From assembly GCA_040767195.1 (NCBI GenBank), contig JAXGPA010000001.1, positions 320,001 through 384,000 on the forward strand: a stretch of 64,000 nt of DNA. Reading direction: 5' to 3'. The notes beneath the pieces were generated by a model. It made no database searches. It was not told the origin of the DNA and saw only the letters and a program-made list of their open reading frames with translations. This DNA comes from Syntrophales bacterium (lineage in GTDB: Bacteria > Desulfobacterota > Syntrophia > Syntrophales > UBA6807). The position numbers and the translations under genes are program-made. Shown piece by piece: positions 47,949 through 57,978 of the stretch (position 1 is the stretch's first letter; every line of letters starts with the position of its first letter).

Positions 47949-49475
47949 TCAGCCGGCGGCGACGATTTCGAAGTGCTCCTGGTGAAAATCGGGCATGACC
48001 TTGATAAGGATTTTTTTGTTCAGCTCCTTCTCCAGCTTTTCCAGGGTTCCCTTTTCATCTTCCAGGAGAAAGTCGGCCACGTCGGGGTTCAGAAGAACGG
48101 AGATCTTCTTTTCCACGCCCGGCACGCGGCGGCGGATCTCCCTGAAAATCTCGTAGCAGACCGAGGCCCGGGACTTGAGAACTCCCTTCCCCTCGCAGCA
48201 GGGGCAGGGCTCGCAGAGAATCTTCTCCAGGCTTTTCCCTTTCCGCTGGCGTGTCATCTCGATGAGGCCGAGGGGCGAGATCTTCTGTATGTTCGTCCTG
48301 TTCTTGTCCTTCACCATCTCCTCCGAGAGGGCCTGAAAGACCTTCTCCCGGTTTTCCTCATCCTCCATGTCGATGAAGTCGATGATGATGATCCCGCCGA
48401 TATTCCGGACCCGGAGCTGGTAGGCGATCTCTTTCACCGCCTCCAGGTTGGTGCTCAGGATGGTTTCCTCGAGGTTTCGTTTCCCCACGTATTTCCCCGT
48501 GTTCACGTCGATGGCCGTGAGGGCCTCCGTCTCCTCGATGGTGATGTAACCGCCGGACTTGAGCCAGACCTTCCGGTTGAGGATTCTCTTGATGTCCAGC
48601 TCCATGCCGAAGGCGTCGAAGAGGGGAATTTCCCCCTCGTGGAGTTCGAGGCGGTAGGCAACCCCGGGAAGGAAGGTTTCCATGAAGTCGATGACCTTCT
48701 GGTATTCCTCCCGGGAATCGATGACGATCCGGTCCATTTCCTCCGTGTAGAAATCCCGGATCGCCCGGAGGGTCATGCCCATGTCCTTGTGAACAAGCCC
48801 CGGGACCCCCACCCGGCCCCTCTTTTTGCGAATGGCCTCCCAGAGCCGGACCAGGTATTCCACATCGGCCTTCAGTTCTTCCCGGTTCTTGCCCTCGCTC
48901 ACCGTGCGGGCGATGAGACCATACCCCTCCTCGGGCTGCAGGTCTTCCAGGAGGTCCTTCAGCCGCTTTCTCTCGTTTTCGTCACGGATCTGACGGGAGA
49001 TGCCGATGTGTTTCACCGTCGGCATGAGCACGAGCTTTCTGCCCGGAAGGGAGATGTGGGTCGTCACCCGGGCGCCCTTGGTCCCCAGGGGCTCCTTGGC
49101 GATCTGAACGAGAACCTCCTGTCCCTCCTTCAAGAGATCCTCGATCTGGTAACCCGCGACCCGCTCGTACCATTTCCGATCGAAGGACTCTTCCTCCCGG
49201 TCGAGGATCTCCCCTTCTTCGGTAACGAGAAAATCGAGGTCCGAGACATCGTGAGAGGTGTCCGAAGCATGGAGGAAGGCGGCCCGTTCCAGGCCGATGT
49301 CCACGAAGGCTGCCTGCATGCCCGGAAGAACCCGGAGAACTTTTCCTACATAAATATTGCCCGCCAGTGTGTTTTCGTCGGCCCGCTCGATATAGAGACT
49401 GGAGAGGACATGGCTGTCCCGTATGGCGATCCGTGTCTCGTGGTCGGAACAGTTGATGATCATCTCTTTAGACAT
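47949..49475 (-). CDS. rng: Ribonuclease G (Rne/Rng family)
   Basis: 'GNIY.GKV.RVLPGMQAAFVDIG', 'LKSGGYI.IE.TEALTAIDVNTG', 'GGIIIIDFIDM', 'CPCCEGKG'; no RNase E scaffold tail. Confidence 0.93.
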   Translation of the reverse strand: MSKEMIINCSDHETRIAIRDSHVLSSLYIERADENTLAGNIYVGKVLRVLPGMQAAFVDIGLERAAFLHASDTSHDVSDLDFLVTEEGEILDREEESFDRKWYERVAGYQIEDLLKEGQEVLVQIAKEPLGTKGARVTTHISLPGRKLVLMPTVKHIGISRQIRDENERKRLKDLLEDLQPEEGYGLIARTVSEGKNREELKADVEYLVRLWEAIRKKRGRVGVPGLVHKDMGMTLRAIRDFYTEEMDRIVIDSREEYQKVIDFMETFLPGVAYRLELHEGEIPLFDAFGMELDIKRILNRKVWLKSGGYITIEETEALTAIDVNTGKYVGKRNLEETILSTNLEAVKEIAYQLRVRNIGGIIIIDFIDMEDEENREKVFQALSEEMVKDKNRTNIQKISPLGLIEMTRQRKGKSLEKILCEPCPCCEGKGVLKSRASVCYEIFREIRRRVPGVEKKISVLLNPDVADFLLEDEKGTLEKLEKELNKKILIKVMPDFHQEHFEIVAAG

Positions 49476-51984
49476 GGTCTTCCTCCCGCCGGGAAAACAG
49501 GGCTTCCTCTTTGACGATCCGGACCGCCCGGGCGGCTTCCTCCTCAAGACCGAAGACATGGGTTACGACGTCGAGGGGATTTCTGGTACCACCCTCGAGG
49601 AACGTCATTTCCATGCGAAGATCGTTTCCGGGCCCGTTCCGGGTGAAAAGACGGACAGGCGCCCGGAGGTCCTGCTCCCGGTTTTTTCCCTTGCGATTTT
49701 TCCAGGTTTTGACGCTCGCTTTTTTCATGAATTCCTGTATCCGTCCTTCCGTTTCTTCCGGTGTCAGGGTCAGAGCGGGGGTGAAATCGACAAAGTAAAC
49801 ATATCCCCCGATGGAGGCTCCCAGGGACGGGGTGCCCGGTCCTGCCTCCTCTATGGAGAGGACCTCGAGACCTGCGGGCAGGCCGTCGTTGACGGCCGCC
49901 AGGACATCCCCGGGGGCAAGGGGCGCCCGGAGGGAAAGCTCGGCATACTCGCAGAAACTTTCCATTCCCACGGGGGTGGCGTCGGTGAAGGATATCCTGG
50001 GCTGGGGGTGATACCCCTCGGAAAACCGGAAAGGCACCCCCGCCTTTCGGAATGCCCGAACCAGGGCGGCCGCCGTTTCGAGATGAGACAGGAAACGGCC
50101 TTCTGTTTTCTTGGCAAAACGGACACGGTACCGCCTCGAATCCTGCCGGGATTCCACCGGCGCCGGCGAGGGGGACCGGTCTTCCGGCATGCCGGGGTGT
50201 TTCTTTTCCAGGACGATGCCGATTTCCTTCGTGCAGGCGCCGCACCCGGTGCAGGGCCCGGTCCGGCAGTCGGCCGTTTCTTCCCCCCGAAGGGCCTTTT
50301 CGTACTCCGCCGCGAGAAAGGCCCGATGGACCCCGGCATCGACGAAGTCCCAGGGAAGGGGAGCGTCCCGGTCCCTTTCGTCGAGAAGCCTTTCCGGAAC
50401 GATCCCGAGGTCCGCCATGGCCGATTCCCAGGGGGCGAAGGAAAACTGCTCGCCCCAGCCATCCATGCGGCATCCCCGCCGGAAGACCTCGTGGACGAGG
50501 GCGCCTAGGCTCTCGTCGCCCCGTGACAGGAGACCCTCGAGAAGGCTCATGGAACCGTCGTGCCACCTGAGGTTCACATTCCGGTGTCCCATCCTCTTCC
50601 TGAAAAAATCCTGTCTTTCCCGGATCTCCCCCGTCGTGAGCTGCCGAGCCCACTGGAAGGGGGTGTGGGGCTTGGGGACGAAGGTGGACAGGCTCACCGT
50701 GACCTGCCGCCTGAAACCGCCCTCCCGAAGGACCTTGAAGGCCAGATCGGCAATTCCCTCCAGGTCTTCCCGGGTTTCCGTGGGAAGGCCCATCATGAAA
50801 TACAGTTTCAGGGACCGCCAGCCCGCGTCGAATACCGCCGATGCCGTTTTCAGCAGGTCCTCTTCCCGGTTTCCCTTGTTGATCACCTCCCGGAGTCTCC
50901 GGGTCCCCGCTTCCGGAGCCAGGGTAAAGCTCGTTTTTCGGACCCTGCGGATTTCCTGTATCAGCCTGTCTGTCAGGGTTTCCACCCGCAGCGACGGCAG
51001 GGCCAGGGCGACTTTTTCCCGGACGCAGCGGTCCATGAGGGTGCCCATGAGATCGCCGATGGCGGTGTAATCCCCTGAACTCAACGAAAGAAGGGAAATT
51101 TCGTCTCCCCCGGTGGCGCCGATCATGGCGTCGGCCATGTCCAGGATCGTTGCGGCGGGCCTCTCCCGGACCGGCCGCCAGACCATGCCGGCCTGGCAGA
51201 AGCGGCACCCCCTGGTGCACCCCCGGGCGATTTCCAGGGTGACCCGGTCATGAACGGTCCGGATGACGGGAACAACCGGCTTCCGGGGCTCCCTCCAGGC
51301 GGCGAGATTCGCCAGGGCCCGCTTGCGTATCGTCTTTTCCCGGCCGTGGAACCGGGGGACGTAGACCCCCTCGATGTCCCCGAGCCGGCGAAGCTTTTCT
51401 TCCCGCCGGGCCTTCGTCCCTTTCATCGCCCCCAGGAGCCCGGTGATTTCCAGCAGGGCCTCTTCCCCTTCCCCGATGACGAAGGCGTCCACGAACGGTG
51501 CCGTGGGCAGGGGGTTGAATGCCGACGGCCCCCCGGCGATGACAAGGGGGACTTCGCCATGGCGGTCTTTCGCGAAGAGAGGAATTCCCCCGAGATCCAG
51601 CATGGCCAGGACATTGGTGTAAGAGAGTTCGTACTGGAGAGAGAACCCGACCACATCGAACCGGTGCAGGGGTGTCCCGGACTCGAGAGACACCAGGGGA
51701 AGGCCCTTTTTCCGCATCCGCCTCTCCATGTCGGGCCAGGGAGCGAAGACCCGTTCCGGGACAATGGCCGGGTTTTCCCGGAGAAGACCGTACAGAATCT
51801 GGAGGCCGACGTGGGACATGCCCACCTCGTAGGTGTCCGGGAAGGCCAGGACCACGTTCAGGGTGCGCTCCGAGGGCCTTCTTCGCGAGGCGTTCACCTC
51901 GCCGCCCACGTAACGGCCCGGTTTTTCCACGAAGGGCAGTATATCGTCCCGAAAGGACATTTCTCTCATTTTGTCATTCCCCAA
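49468..51984 (-). CDS. B12-binding radical SAM protein (TIGR03960-like) fused to radical-SAM-linked C-terminal domain (TIGR03936-like)
   Basis: 'KPGRYVGGE.N', 'FPDTYEVGMS', 'RGCTRGCRFCQAG' (CxxxCxxC), 'RFLSHLE', 'FSEGYHPQPRISF'; upstream of rng; exact start uncertain. Confidence 0.9.
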   Translation of the reverse strand: MGNDKMREMSFRDDILPFVEKPGRYVGGEVNASRRRPSERTLNVVLAFPDTYEVGMSHVGLQILYGLLRENPAIVPERVFAPWPDMERRMRKKGLPLVSLESGTPLHRFDVVGFSLQYELSYTNVLAMLDLGGIPLFAKDRHGEVPLVIAGGPSAFNPLPTAPFVDAFVIGEGEEALLEITGLLGAMKGTKARREEKLRRLGDIEGVYVPRFHGREKTIRKRALANLAAWREPRKPVVPVIRTVHDRVTLEIARGCTRGCRFCQAGMVWRPVRERPAATILDMADAMIGATGGDEISLLSLSSGDYTAIGDLMGTLMDRCVREKVALALPSLRVETLTDRLIQEIRRVRKTSFTLAPEAGTRRLREVINKGNREEDLLKTASAVFDAGWRSLKLYFMMGLPTETREDLEGIADLAFKVLREGGFRRQVTVSLSTFVPKPHTPFQWARQLTTGEIRERQDFFRKRMGHRNVNLRWHDGSMSLLEGLLSRGDESLGALVHEVFRRGCRMDGWGEQFSFAPWESAMADLGIVPERLLDERDRDAPLPWDFVDAGVHRAFLAAEYEKALRGEETADCRTGPCTGCGACTKEIGIVLEKKHPGMPEDRSPSPAPVESRQDSRRYRVRFAKKTEGRFLSHLETAAALVRAFRKAGVPFRFSEGYHPQPRISFTDATPVGMESFCEYAELSLRAPLAPGDVLAAVNDGLPAGLEVLSIEEAGPGTPSLGASIGGYVYFVDFTPALTLTPEETEGRIQEFMKKASVKTWKNRKGKNREQDLRAPVRLFTRNGPGNDLRMEMTFLEGGTRNPLDVVTHVFGLEEEAARAVRIVKEEALFSRREEDHV

Positions 51985-51990
51985 GAATGG

Positions 51991-52926
51991 TCACGTCCTT
52001 TCACGGAGAGATGCGAAGGTTTCCCGGACCACCTCCGCCGAACGCCTGAGGGCCGCCCGTTCCGCCTCTTCCAGGGGAATCTCGTAGACCTTCTCCACGC
52101 CGCCGGCCCCGAGCCTCACGGGGACCCCGATGTGAATCTCCCGGATGCCGTATTCCCCGTTGACGTAAGCGGAAACGGGAAAAAGGCGCCCACTGTCCCG
52201 GAGAACGGCTTCCACCATGACGGTCACGGCGGACGATGGCGCGTGCCAGGCGCTTCCCGTCTTCAGGAGCTTCACGATCTCGGCGCCGCCGTTTTTGGTT
52301 CTCTCGATGATGCGATCGAGGGTTTCCTTTTCGAGAAAGTGAAGGATGGGGACACCCTTCACGGTGGTGTACCGGTCCACGGGGACCATGGTGTCGCCGT
52401 GACTGCCCAGAACGAGGGCCTCGATGTCCCGGACGGAAACCCCCGTCGCTTCGGAAAGAAAATACCGGTACCGGGCCGAATCGAGGACGCCCCCCATGCC
52501 GAATACCCGCTCGGGCGGAAGGCCGGAAACGCGCCAGGCAAGATGGGTCATCACATCGAGAGGGTTCGTCACCATGATGATCATGGCACCGGGGGCGGCC
52601 TTCACGATTTTTTCCACCACGGTGCGGACAATACTCCCGTTCTTCGACGCCAGCTCCTCCCGGCTCATCCCCGGGCTTCGGGGGAAACCGGCCGTGAATA
52701 CAACGATTTCCGCGCCCGCCACGGCGGAAAAATCATTGGTCCCCACGACGGCGCCGTCCAGTCCTTCCAGGGCCGCCGACTGGGCCATGTCCAGGGCCCG
52801 TCCCTGGGGCAGGCCCTCCACGATATCCACCAGCACCACGTCGGCCAGGTTCCGCTCCGCCATGCGCTGGGCCGTCATGGTGCCCACGAACCCCGCGCCG
52901 ATAACCGCCACTTTCCTTCGCATCAT
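51991..52926 (-). CDS. mdh: Malate dehydrogenase (LDH-like)
   Basis: 'VIGAGFVG', 'TAGFPRSPGMSREEL', 'VTNPLD', 'LDSAR', 'GSHGD', 'GGAEIV'. Confidence 0.93.
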   Translation of the reverse strand: MMRRKVAVIGAGFVGTMTAQRMAERNLADVVLVDIVEGLPQGRALDMAQSAALEGLDGAVVGTNDFSAVAGAEIVVFTAGFPRSPGMSREELASKNGSIVRTVVEKIVKAAPGAMIIMVTNPLDVMTHLAWRVSGLPPERVFGMGGVLDSARYRYFLSEATGVSVRDIEALVLGSHGDTMVPVDRYTTVKGVPILHFLEKETLDRIIERTKNGGAEIVKLLKTGSAWHAPSSAVTVMVEAVLRDSGRLFPVSAYVNGEYGIREIHIGVPVRLGAGGVEKVYEIPLEEAERAALRRSAEVVRETFASLRERT

Positions 52927-53396
52927 GATCCTCCTCGGGATTTTTCCTCTTCTTTCCGGAGCAGGGAGGCCAGGTCCAGGTCGTCATCCCCTTCGCCGCC
53001 GGCGGAATCCGCCTTTCCGGGAAAACGGTCGTAGCGCTCGGGGTGCTGCTCCATCTCCCGGTGCCTGGCCTGGCAGAACCGCTCGGCAAACTGGGGCCTC
53101 CCCAGGTAGGGAAGGATGTCTTTCTTGAAATCCTCCAGCAGTTCCGAAAAAACGGCCCGGCTTTTTTCCAGGGGGGTGAACGTCCGCTCTTTCCGATACT
53201 CGTAGCGGAGAACGGGACCGAAAACGGCCTTCACGTCCTCCCACTGGCGCCTGTTCTCGAAAAACCGCTCCTCGGGAATGATGTCCATTCTCACGGCCAT
53301 CCGCACATGCACCGTATCCCGGGCGATGAGCCTCGAAAAATCGAGAACCTCGAGGACAAGGCCGTTGGGGAGGGTTATTGTTTCGACATGTTCCAT
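52923..53396 (-). CDS. Hypothetical protein coupled to mdh
   Basis: ATGA overlap with the mdh start; RBS GAGG; 'L.NGL.LE..D.SR..A.D', 'LPYL..P.FA'. Confidence 0.75.
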   Translation of the reverse strand: MEHVETITLPNGLVLEVLDFSRLIARDTVHVRMAVRMDIIPEERFFENRRQWEDVKAVFGPVLRYEYRKERTFTPLEKSRAVFSELLEDFKKDILPYLGRPQFAERFCQARHREMEQHPERYDRFPGKADSAGGEGDDDLDLASLLRKEEEKSRGGS

Positions 53397-53589
53397 ATAA
53401 GCTTCCTCTTATGTTATTTCAGTTTTGCCTGTTCCCTCAGGAACGCCGTCCGAAGAGGCCCAGGCCCCGGAGACGACGGGCTTTTCCGCGGAGATTTCTG
53501 TTGACGGAAAACTTTCTTCCCCATATACTTCGGCCCCTCGAGGGAACCGCGCCAGGCGTGTTCCCCAGTTCCGATGGAGGGGAACATTC

Positions 53590-54450
53590 ATGGAAAAGAG
53601 CCCCACGGCCATTTTGCTCCTTTCCTGTCCCGATCAGAAGGGGATCGTGGCGACCATATCCCGTTTCATTTTTGAAAACGGCGGCAATATTCTCCACGCC
53701 GCCCAGCACACGGCCCAGCCGGAAAACATCCTTTTCATGCGTATCGAGTGGGACCTCGAGGGATTCGCCGTTTCCCGGGAAAAAATCAAGGAGGCCTTCC
53801 GGCCCCTGGGGGAACGCTTTCGCATGAAGTGGGACATTCGCTTCTCCGATGAAATCCCCCGGGTCGCCATCTTCGTCTCCCGTCATGTCCACTGCTTTTA
53901 CGACCTTCTTCTGCGCCATCTCATGGGCGAATTCCGGGCGGAAATCCCCCTGGTCATCGGCAACCATGCAGACCTGAAACCCCTGACGGAGCAGTTCGGC
54001 CTCACCTTCCGCCACTATCCCATCACCCCGGAAAACAAGGCCGCCCAGGAGGAACGGGAACTGGCGGAACTCAAGGACCATAACATCGACCTCATCATCC
54101 TGGCCCGGTACATGCAGATTCTGAGTCCCCCGTTCGTCAGGCGATACCCGAACCGGATCATCAACATTCACCATTCATTTCTGCCTGCCTTCGCCGGCGG
54201 GAAACCCTATCACCAGGCCTACGAGCGGGGGGTCAAAATCATCGGCGCGACAAGCCACTATGTCACGGAAGCCCTCGATGACGGTCCCATCATCGCCCAG
54301 GATGTCATCGAAATTTCACACCGCGATTCCATCGACGACATCAAAATGAAAGGCAAGGACATCGAAAGGATTGTCCTTGCCAAGGCGGTGCGGCTTCATC
54401 TGGCCGACAGGATTCTCGTTTCGGGCTCCAAGACGGTGGTTTTCGAGTGA
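53590..54450 (+). CDS. purU: Formyltetrahydrofolate deformylase
   Basis: ACT 'SCPDQKGIVA', 'LARYMQIL', 'IINIHHSFLPAF.G.KPYHQAYERGVKIIGATSHYV', 'GPII.QD'. Confidence 0.97.
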   Translation: MEKSPTAILLLSCPDQKGIVATISRFIFENGGNILHAAQHTAQPENILFMRIEWDLEGFAVSREKIKEAFRPLGERFRMKWDIRFSDEIPRVAIFVSRHVHCFYDLLLRHLMGEFRAEIPLVIGNHADLKPLTEQFGLTFRHYPITPENKAAQEERELAELKDHNIDLIILARYMQILSPPFVRRYPNRIINIHHSFLPAFAGGKPYHQAYERGVKIIGATSHYVTEALDDGPIIAQDVIEISHRDSIDDIKMKGKDIERIVLAKAVRLHLADRILVSGSKTVVFE

Positions 54451-54459
54451 TCCCGGCCT

Positions 54460-55671
54460 TTACATGACGCTCTTCTGGCTCACCTCGACGGCATGGTCGA
54501 TCTGGGCCTTGAGCCCCTCGGGAAGGCCCGGGATGTCCACGCTCAGGAATCCCCTGACGATGGTGGATGTCGCCTCGTCTTCCGACAGCCCCCGGGACAT
54601 GAGATAGAGGATTTCCTCCTGGGCGATCTTTCCCACCGCCGCTTCATGGGAGAGTTCCACGCCGTCGGCGCTCCCCCGGAGTTCCGGGATGGCGTGAATA
54701 AGCCCTCCCTTCAGAATCAGGCCCCGGCACTCGAGGTGTCCCCTGACACCGGGCTTCTGCCCGGAGAGATCCCCCCGGGCGATGATATGGCCGCCGTTCG
54801 TGATGGCCCGGGAAACGATTTCCGCTCGGGTGTCCTCCGCTTCGAGGAAGACACGGCCGCCCACGTCGATTTCCGATCCGGGATGTCCCACGAGAAGGCT
54901 GTAAAACCGCGCCACCGCCCCCGGTCCGACGAGGCGGGTGGTGGGGTACATCTGAAGGGACTTGACCGGTTTCATGCACACGTAGTTGTTCAGGAACAGT
55001 CCCCCCTCCTCGACGCGGCCCACGGAACGGGGCCGGACCATCATGTCCTCCGCCCAGTGATGAATCATGGTAAAGCTCAGCTTGGCGTCCTTTTTCACGT
55101 AGAACTCGGAAATCCCTACGTGGAGCCCCCGGCTCACGTGGGACGCCGTGACGCAGCCCGTGATGATGTGGAGCTCCGACCCTTCCTCGGCGATGATGAT
55201 GTTGTGTACGTTCTGGCTCAGGTTCTGTTTTTCCAGGTATAAACAGGCCTGAACGGGAAAGAACACACGGCTTCCCGGCAGGGCCCGGATGACATAGCCG
55301 TCGTGAAGGTCCAGGTAAGCCCGGGCGGTATACTTGTCCGTGTCCACGGAAAGAAGCTTCCAGTAATGATCCCGGGCCCACTGATGCTTTTCCAGGGCTT
55401 CCCGGATGGGAATCACCTCGACCCCCTCGTCTTTCGCCGCCGCGTAAATGGCCGTCCCGTCCTTCTGTATGTACGACCCCGCCCGTCCCGACTCGGATAT
55501 GTCAACCCCCGCCTGGATCATCCGTTCCCGGTCCTCGCCCCCGACCAGGGCGAGGTTCGGAAGACGCTCATGGGCCTCGGCTGTCACGTCGAAAGAATCG
55601 AGATCCACATCCGGCCCGAGGGCCGCTTTCCGTTTCTTCGCCTCCTCGGCCTTATCTTTCAAAGTATGCAT
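54460..55671 (-). CDS. SufBD-family Fe-S scaffold (SMS-type SmsB)
   Basis: 'PVQACL', 'QNVHNIIIAEEGSELHIITGC', 'GHLECRGL', 'HAIPEL', 'LSHEAAVGKI...I.YLMSRGL'. Confidence 0.9.
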   Translation of the reverse strand: MHTLKDKAEEAKKRKAALGPDVDLDSFDVTAEAHERLPNLALVGGEDRERMIQAGVDISESGRAGSYIQKDGTAIYAAAKDEGVEVIPIREALEKHQWARDHYWKLLSVDTDKYTARAYLDLHDGYVIRALPGSRVFFPVQACLYLEKQNLSQNVHNIIIAEEGSELHIITGCVTASHVSRGLHVGISEFYVKKDAKLSFTMIHHWAEDMMVRPRSVGRVEEGGLFLNNYVCMKPVKSLQMYPTTRLVGPGAVARFYSLLVGHPGSEIDVGGRVFLEAEDTRAEIVSRAITNGGHIIARGDLSGQKPGVRGHLECRGLILKGGLIHAIPELRGSADGVELSHEAAVGKIAQEEILYLMSRGLSEDEATSTIVRGFLSVDIPGLPEGLKAQIDHAVEVSQKSVM

Positions 55672-56417
55672 CGGCAGCACTCCTCGTATCCCGTTTCCTT
55701 GATCTGGCGGAAGATGTCGACGGGGTTCCCCTTGCAGGCGACGACGCCCTGGTAAAGCACCTGTCCTCTGTCCGCCGCCAGGTAATCGAGAATGAACCCC
55801 GTGTGGGTGATGATGAGTCCCATTCTTTTTCTTTCCTTGACAAGCTCCTTGCAGGACTTCACCGGATCGGGCTTGAGGTCCCTCTCCAGGAGCCTGCTGA
55901 TGGTGTTTCCGATGAGGGCGATGTTCTCAAGATCCACGCCCGACTCGGGCTCGTCGAAGAGAAGGAGGTCCGGCTCCTGGGCCATGAGCTGAAGGAGTTC
56001 GGACCGCTTGATTTCGCCACCGGAAAACCCCACGTTGATGTCCCGGTCGAGAAAGTCGGTGAAATTCACCTCCGAGGCCAGCTTTTCCGGGGAAAGGGGC
56101 TTCTCCCCGCCGCAGATCTGAACCATCTGCCGGGTCTTGAGACCGTGAATGCTCGGCGGGCGCTGATAGGACATGCCGATTCCGAGCTTGGCCCGCTCAT
56201 CGATGGGCATGTCGGTGATGTCCTCGCCCTTGAACCGGATCTTGCCGGCCGTGACCCGGTACTGGGGGTAACCCATGATGGCCATGAGAAGGGAGGTCTT
56301 CCCGGAGCCGTTCGGTCCGAAAAGAATGTGGGTTTCACCGGTCTTGATTTCCAGATCGATGTGGGTCAGGATCTCACGATCCCCCAATTTTACCTGAAGG
56401 TCTTCAATCTCGAGCAT
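55659..56417 (-). CDS. SufC-like ABC ATPase (SMS-type SmsC)
   Basis: 'GPNGSGKT', 'GFSGGEIKRSE', 'DEPESGVD', 'IITHTG', C-terminal 'GYEECCRC'. Confidence 0.9.
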   Translation of the reverse strand: MLEIEDLQVKLGDREILTHIDLEIKTGETHILFGPNGSGKTSLLMAIMGYPQYRVTAGKIRFKGEDITDMPIDERAKLGIGMSYQRPPSIHGLKTRQMVQICGGEKPLSPEKLASEVNFTDFLDRDINVGFSGGEIKRSELLQLMAQEPDLLLFDEPESGVDLENIALIGNTISRLLERDLKPDPVKSCKELVKERKRMGLIITHTGFILDYLAADRGQVLYQGVVACKGNPVDIFRQIKETGYEECCRCIL

Positions 56418-56666
56418 GGTCCAGCTCCCGTGTATGGATTGAAAACTAAATTATATAATATATCCGCCATGTTTTTTCAAGGTTTATCTGCCTGAACCCC
56501 CTTTATCCAGCGTAAGCCGTTCCTGCCTCATCTTGACCGTCGGCACATTTATTTGTGGCCCGCCGGCCGGCTCATCCCGAGCAGGATCATGGCACCTTGA
56601 AGGTCATCCCGTTTTGCGCTATTGTGTTTTTCTATGTGATTTCGTTTTCCCGAAAGGCCCCTGTTC

Positions 56667-57497
56667 ATGAAAGCGAAGGGGAACCCCCTCTTTTTCAACG
56701 CCGGCGTTGGTCGCCTCTACGGCGAGTGGCACCGCCGGGACGGGAAGAAACCCGTTCTCGTCTTCCTTCACGAGGGCCTCGGAAGCGTGGCCCAGTGGAA
56801 GGACTTCCCCGGCCTTCTGTGCGACCGGACGGGGCATGCCGGGTTCGTTTTCGACCGCCGGGGCCACGGAAAATCGGAACCCCTCGAAACGCCCCGGGGG
56901 CCAGAGTATCTCCACGAGGAAGCCCACCGATCGCTCCCGAACGTTCTTGAAAATCAGGGGATCGAAAAACCCGTCCTCATCGGACACAGCGACGGCGGCA
57001 CCATCGCCCTCCTTTTTGCCGCCCGGTTTCCGGAAAAGGTGACCGCCGTCATCACCGAGGCCGCCCACGTCTTCGTCGAACCGGTCACCCTCGAAGGTAT
57101 CCGGAAGGCCGTGGACCTCTTCAACCGGACCGATCTCGGGAAACGCCTCGCCGCCTACCACGGGAAGAACACCGCCGGCGTTTTTCACAACTGGGCGGAC
57201 ACCTGGCTCGACCCCCGGTTCCGGGCGTGGAACGTGGAAGACGACCTGGCGGAAATCCGCTGTCCCCTTCTCGTCATCCAGGGGGAAGAGGACGAATACG
57301 GCACCCCCGCCCAGGTAGAGGCCATCGCCGGGAAGACCCCCGGTTCCGCCGATGCCTGGCTGATTCCCCGATGCGGCCACATCCCCCATCAGCAGGCCCG
57401 GGAGGCGGTCCTCCGGCGCATGGCGGACTTCATCGCCGCCACGACCGGTAGGGGTGACGGTAGAGGTGGGTGTTCAGGTACCGGAAGTCCCCGGTGA
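56667..57497 (+). CDS. Alpha/beta-fold hydrolase
   Basis: 'FLHEGLG', 'DRRGHG.S', nucleophile 'GHSDGG', 'QGEEDEYG', 'GHIPH'. Confidence 0.92.
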   Translation: MKAKGNPLFFNAGVGRLYGEWHRRDGKKPVLVFLHEGLGSVAQWKDFPGLLCDRTGHAGFVFDRRGHGKSEPLETPRGPEYLHEEAHRSLPNVLENQGIEKPVLIGHSDGGTIALLFAARFPEKVTAVITEAAHVFVEPVTLEGIRKAVDLFNRTDLGKRLAAYHGKNTAGVFHNWADTWLDPRFRAWNVEDDLAEIRCPLLVIQGEEDEYGTPAQVEAIAGKTPGSADAWLIPRCGHIPHQQAREAVLRRMADFIAATTGRGDGRGGCSGTGSPR

Positions 57498-57897
57498 TCT
57501 CCCGGCCCGCCCAGGGCGGCACCGCAAAGACGTCACCCTCCTTTTCAAGTTCGATTTCGGCGATAACGAGTCCTTCGTTTCCCCCCCGGAAAACATCGAT
57601 TTCCCACACCCTGTCTTCAAAGGAAACCCTGTATCGTTCTTTTTCCATGGGGGGAAAATCACAGAGTCCGAACATCTCTTCGCCGTCTTTCAGGGGAATT
57701 TCGTATTCATACTCGATCCGGGTCACCGCCGTCCGGAGGACCTTCAGGGTCAGGAACGCCCGTTCCCCGGCCACCCGGATCCGGAGAACCCCCTCTTTCT
57801 TCAGCTCCAGAAACGCCTGGCGGATGGATACCCCCTTCCGTCCCGCCACAATGGAGGGATCGGAAACAAGAAAACGCCTCTCAATCTCCAGGGCCAT
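57430..57897 (-). CDS. CYTH-domain protein (triphosphate tunnel metalloenzyme)
   Basis: 'EIERRFLV', 'R.EYEYEIP', 'EKERY', 'WEIDVF.G.N.GL.IAEIEL', 'P.W.G.EIT.D.RY.N'; RBS AGGAGG. Confidence 0.93.
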   Translation of the reverse strand: MALEIERRFLVSDPSIVAGRKGVSIRQAFLELKKEGVLRIRVAGERAFLTLKVLRTAVTRIEYEYEIPLKDGEEMFGLCDFPPMEKERYRVSFEDRVWEIDVFRGGNEGLVIAEIELEKEGDVFAVPPWAGREITGDFRYLNTHLYRHPYRSWRR

Positions 57898-57978
57898 GGA
57901 CCTCCTCCTTTTTGACAGGGCCTTGCCTTTTCTCCCCCTTGCCGATATAAGGCAGCCATCGACCGAAACGAAGGGCCG

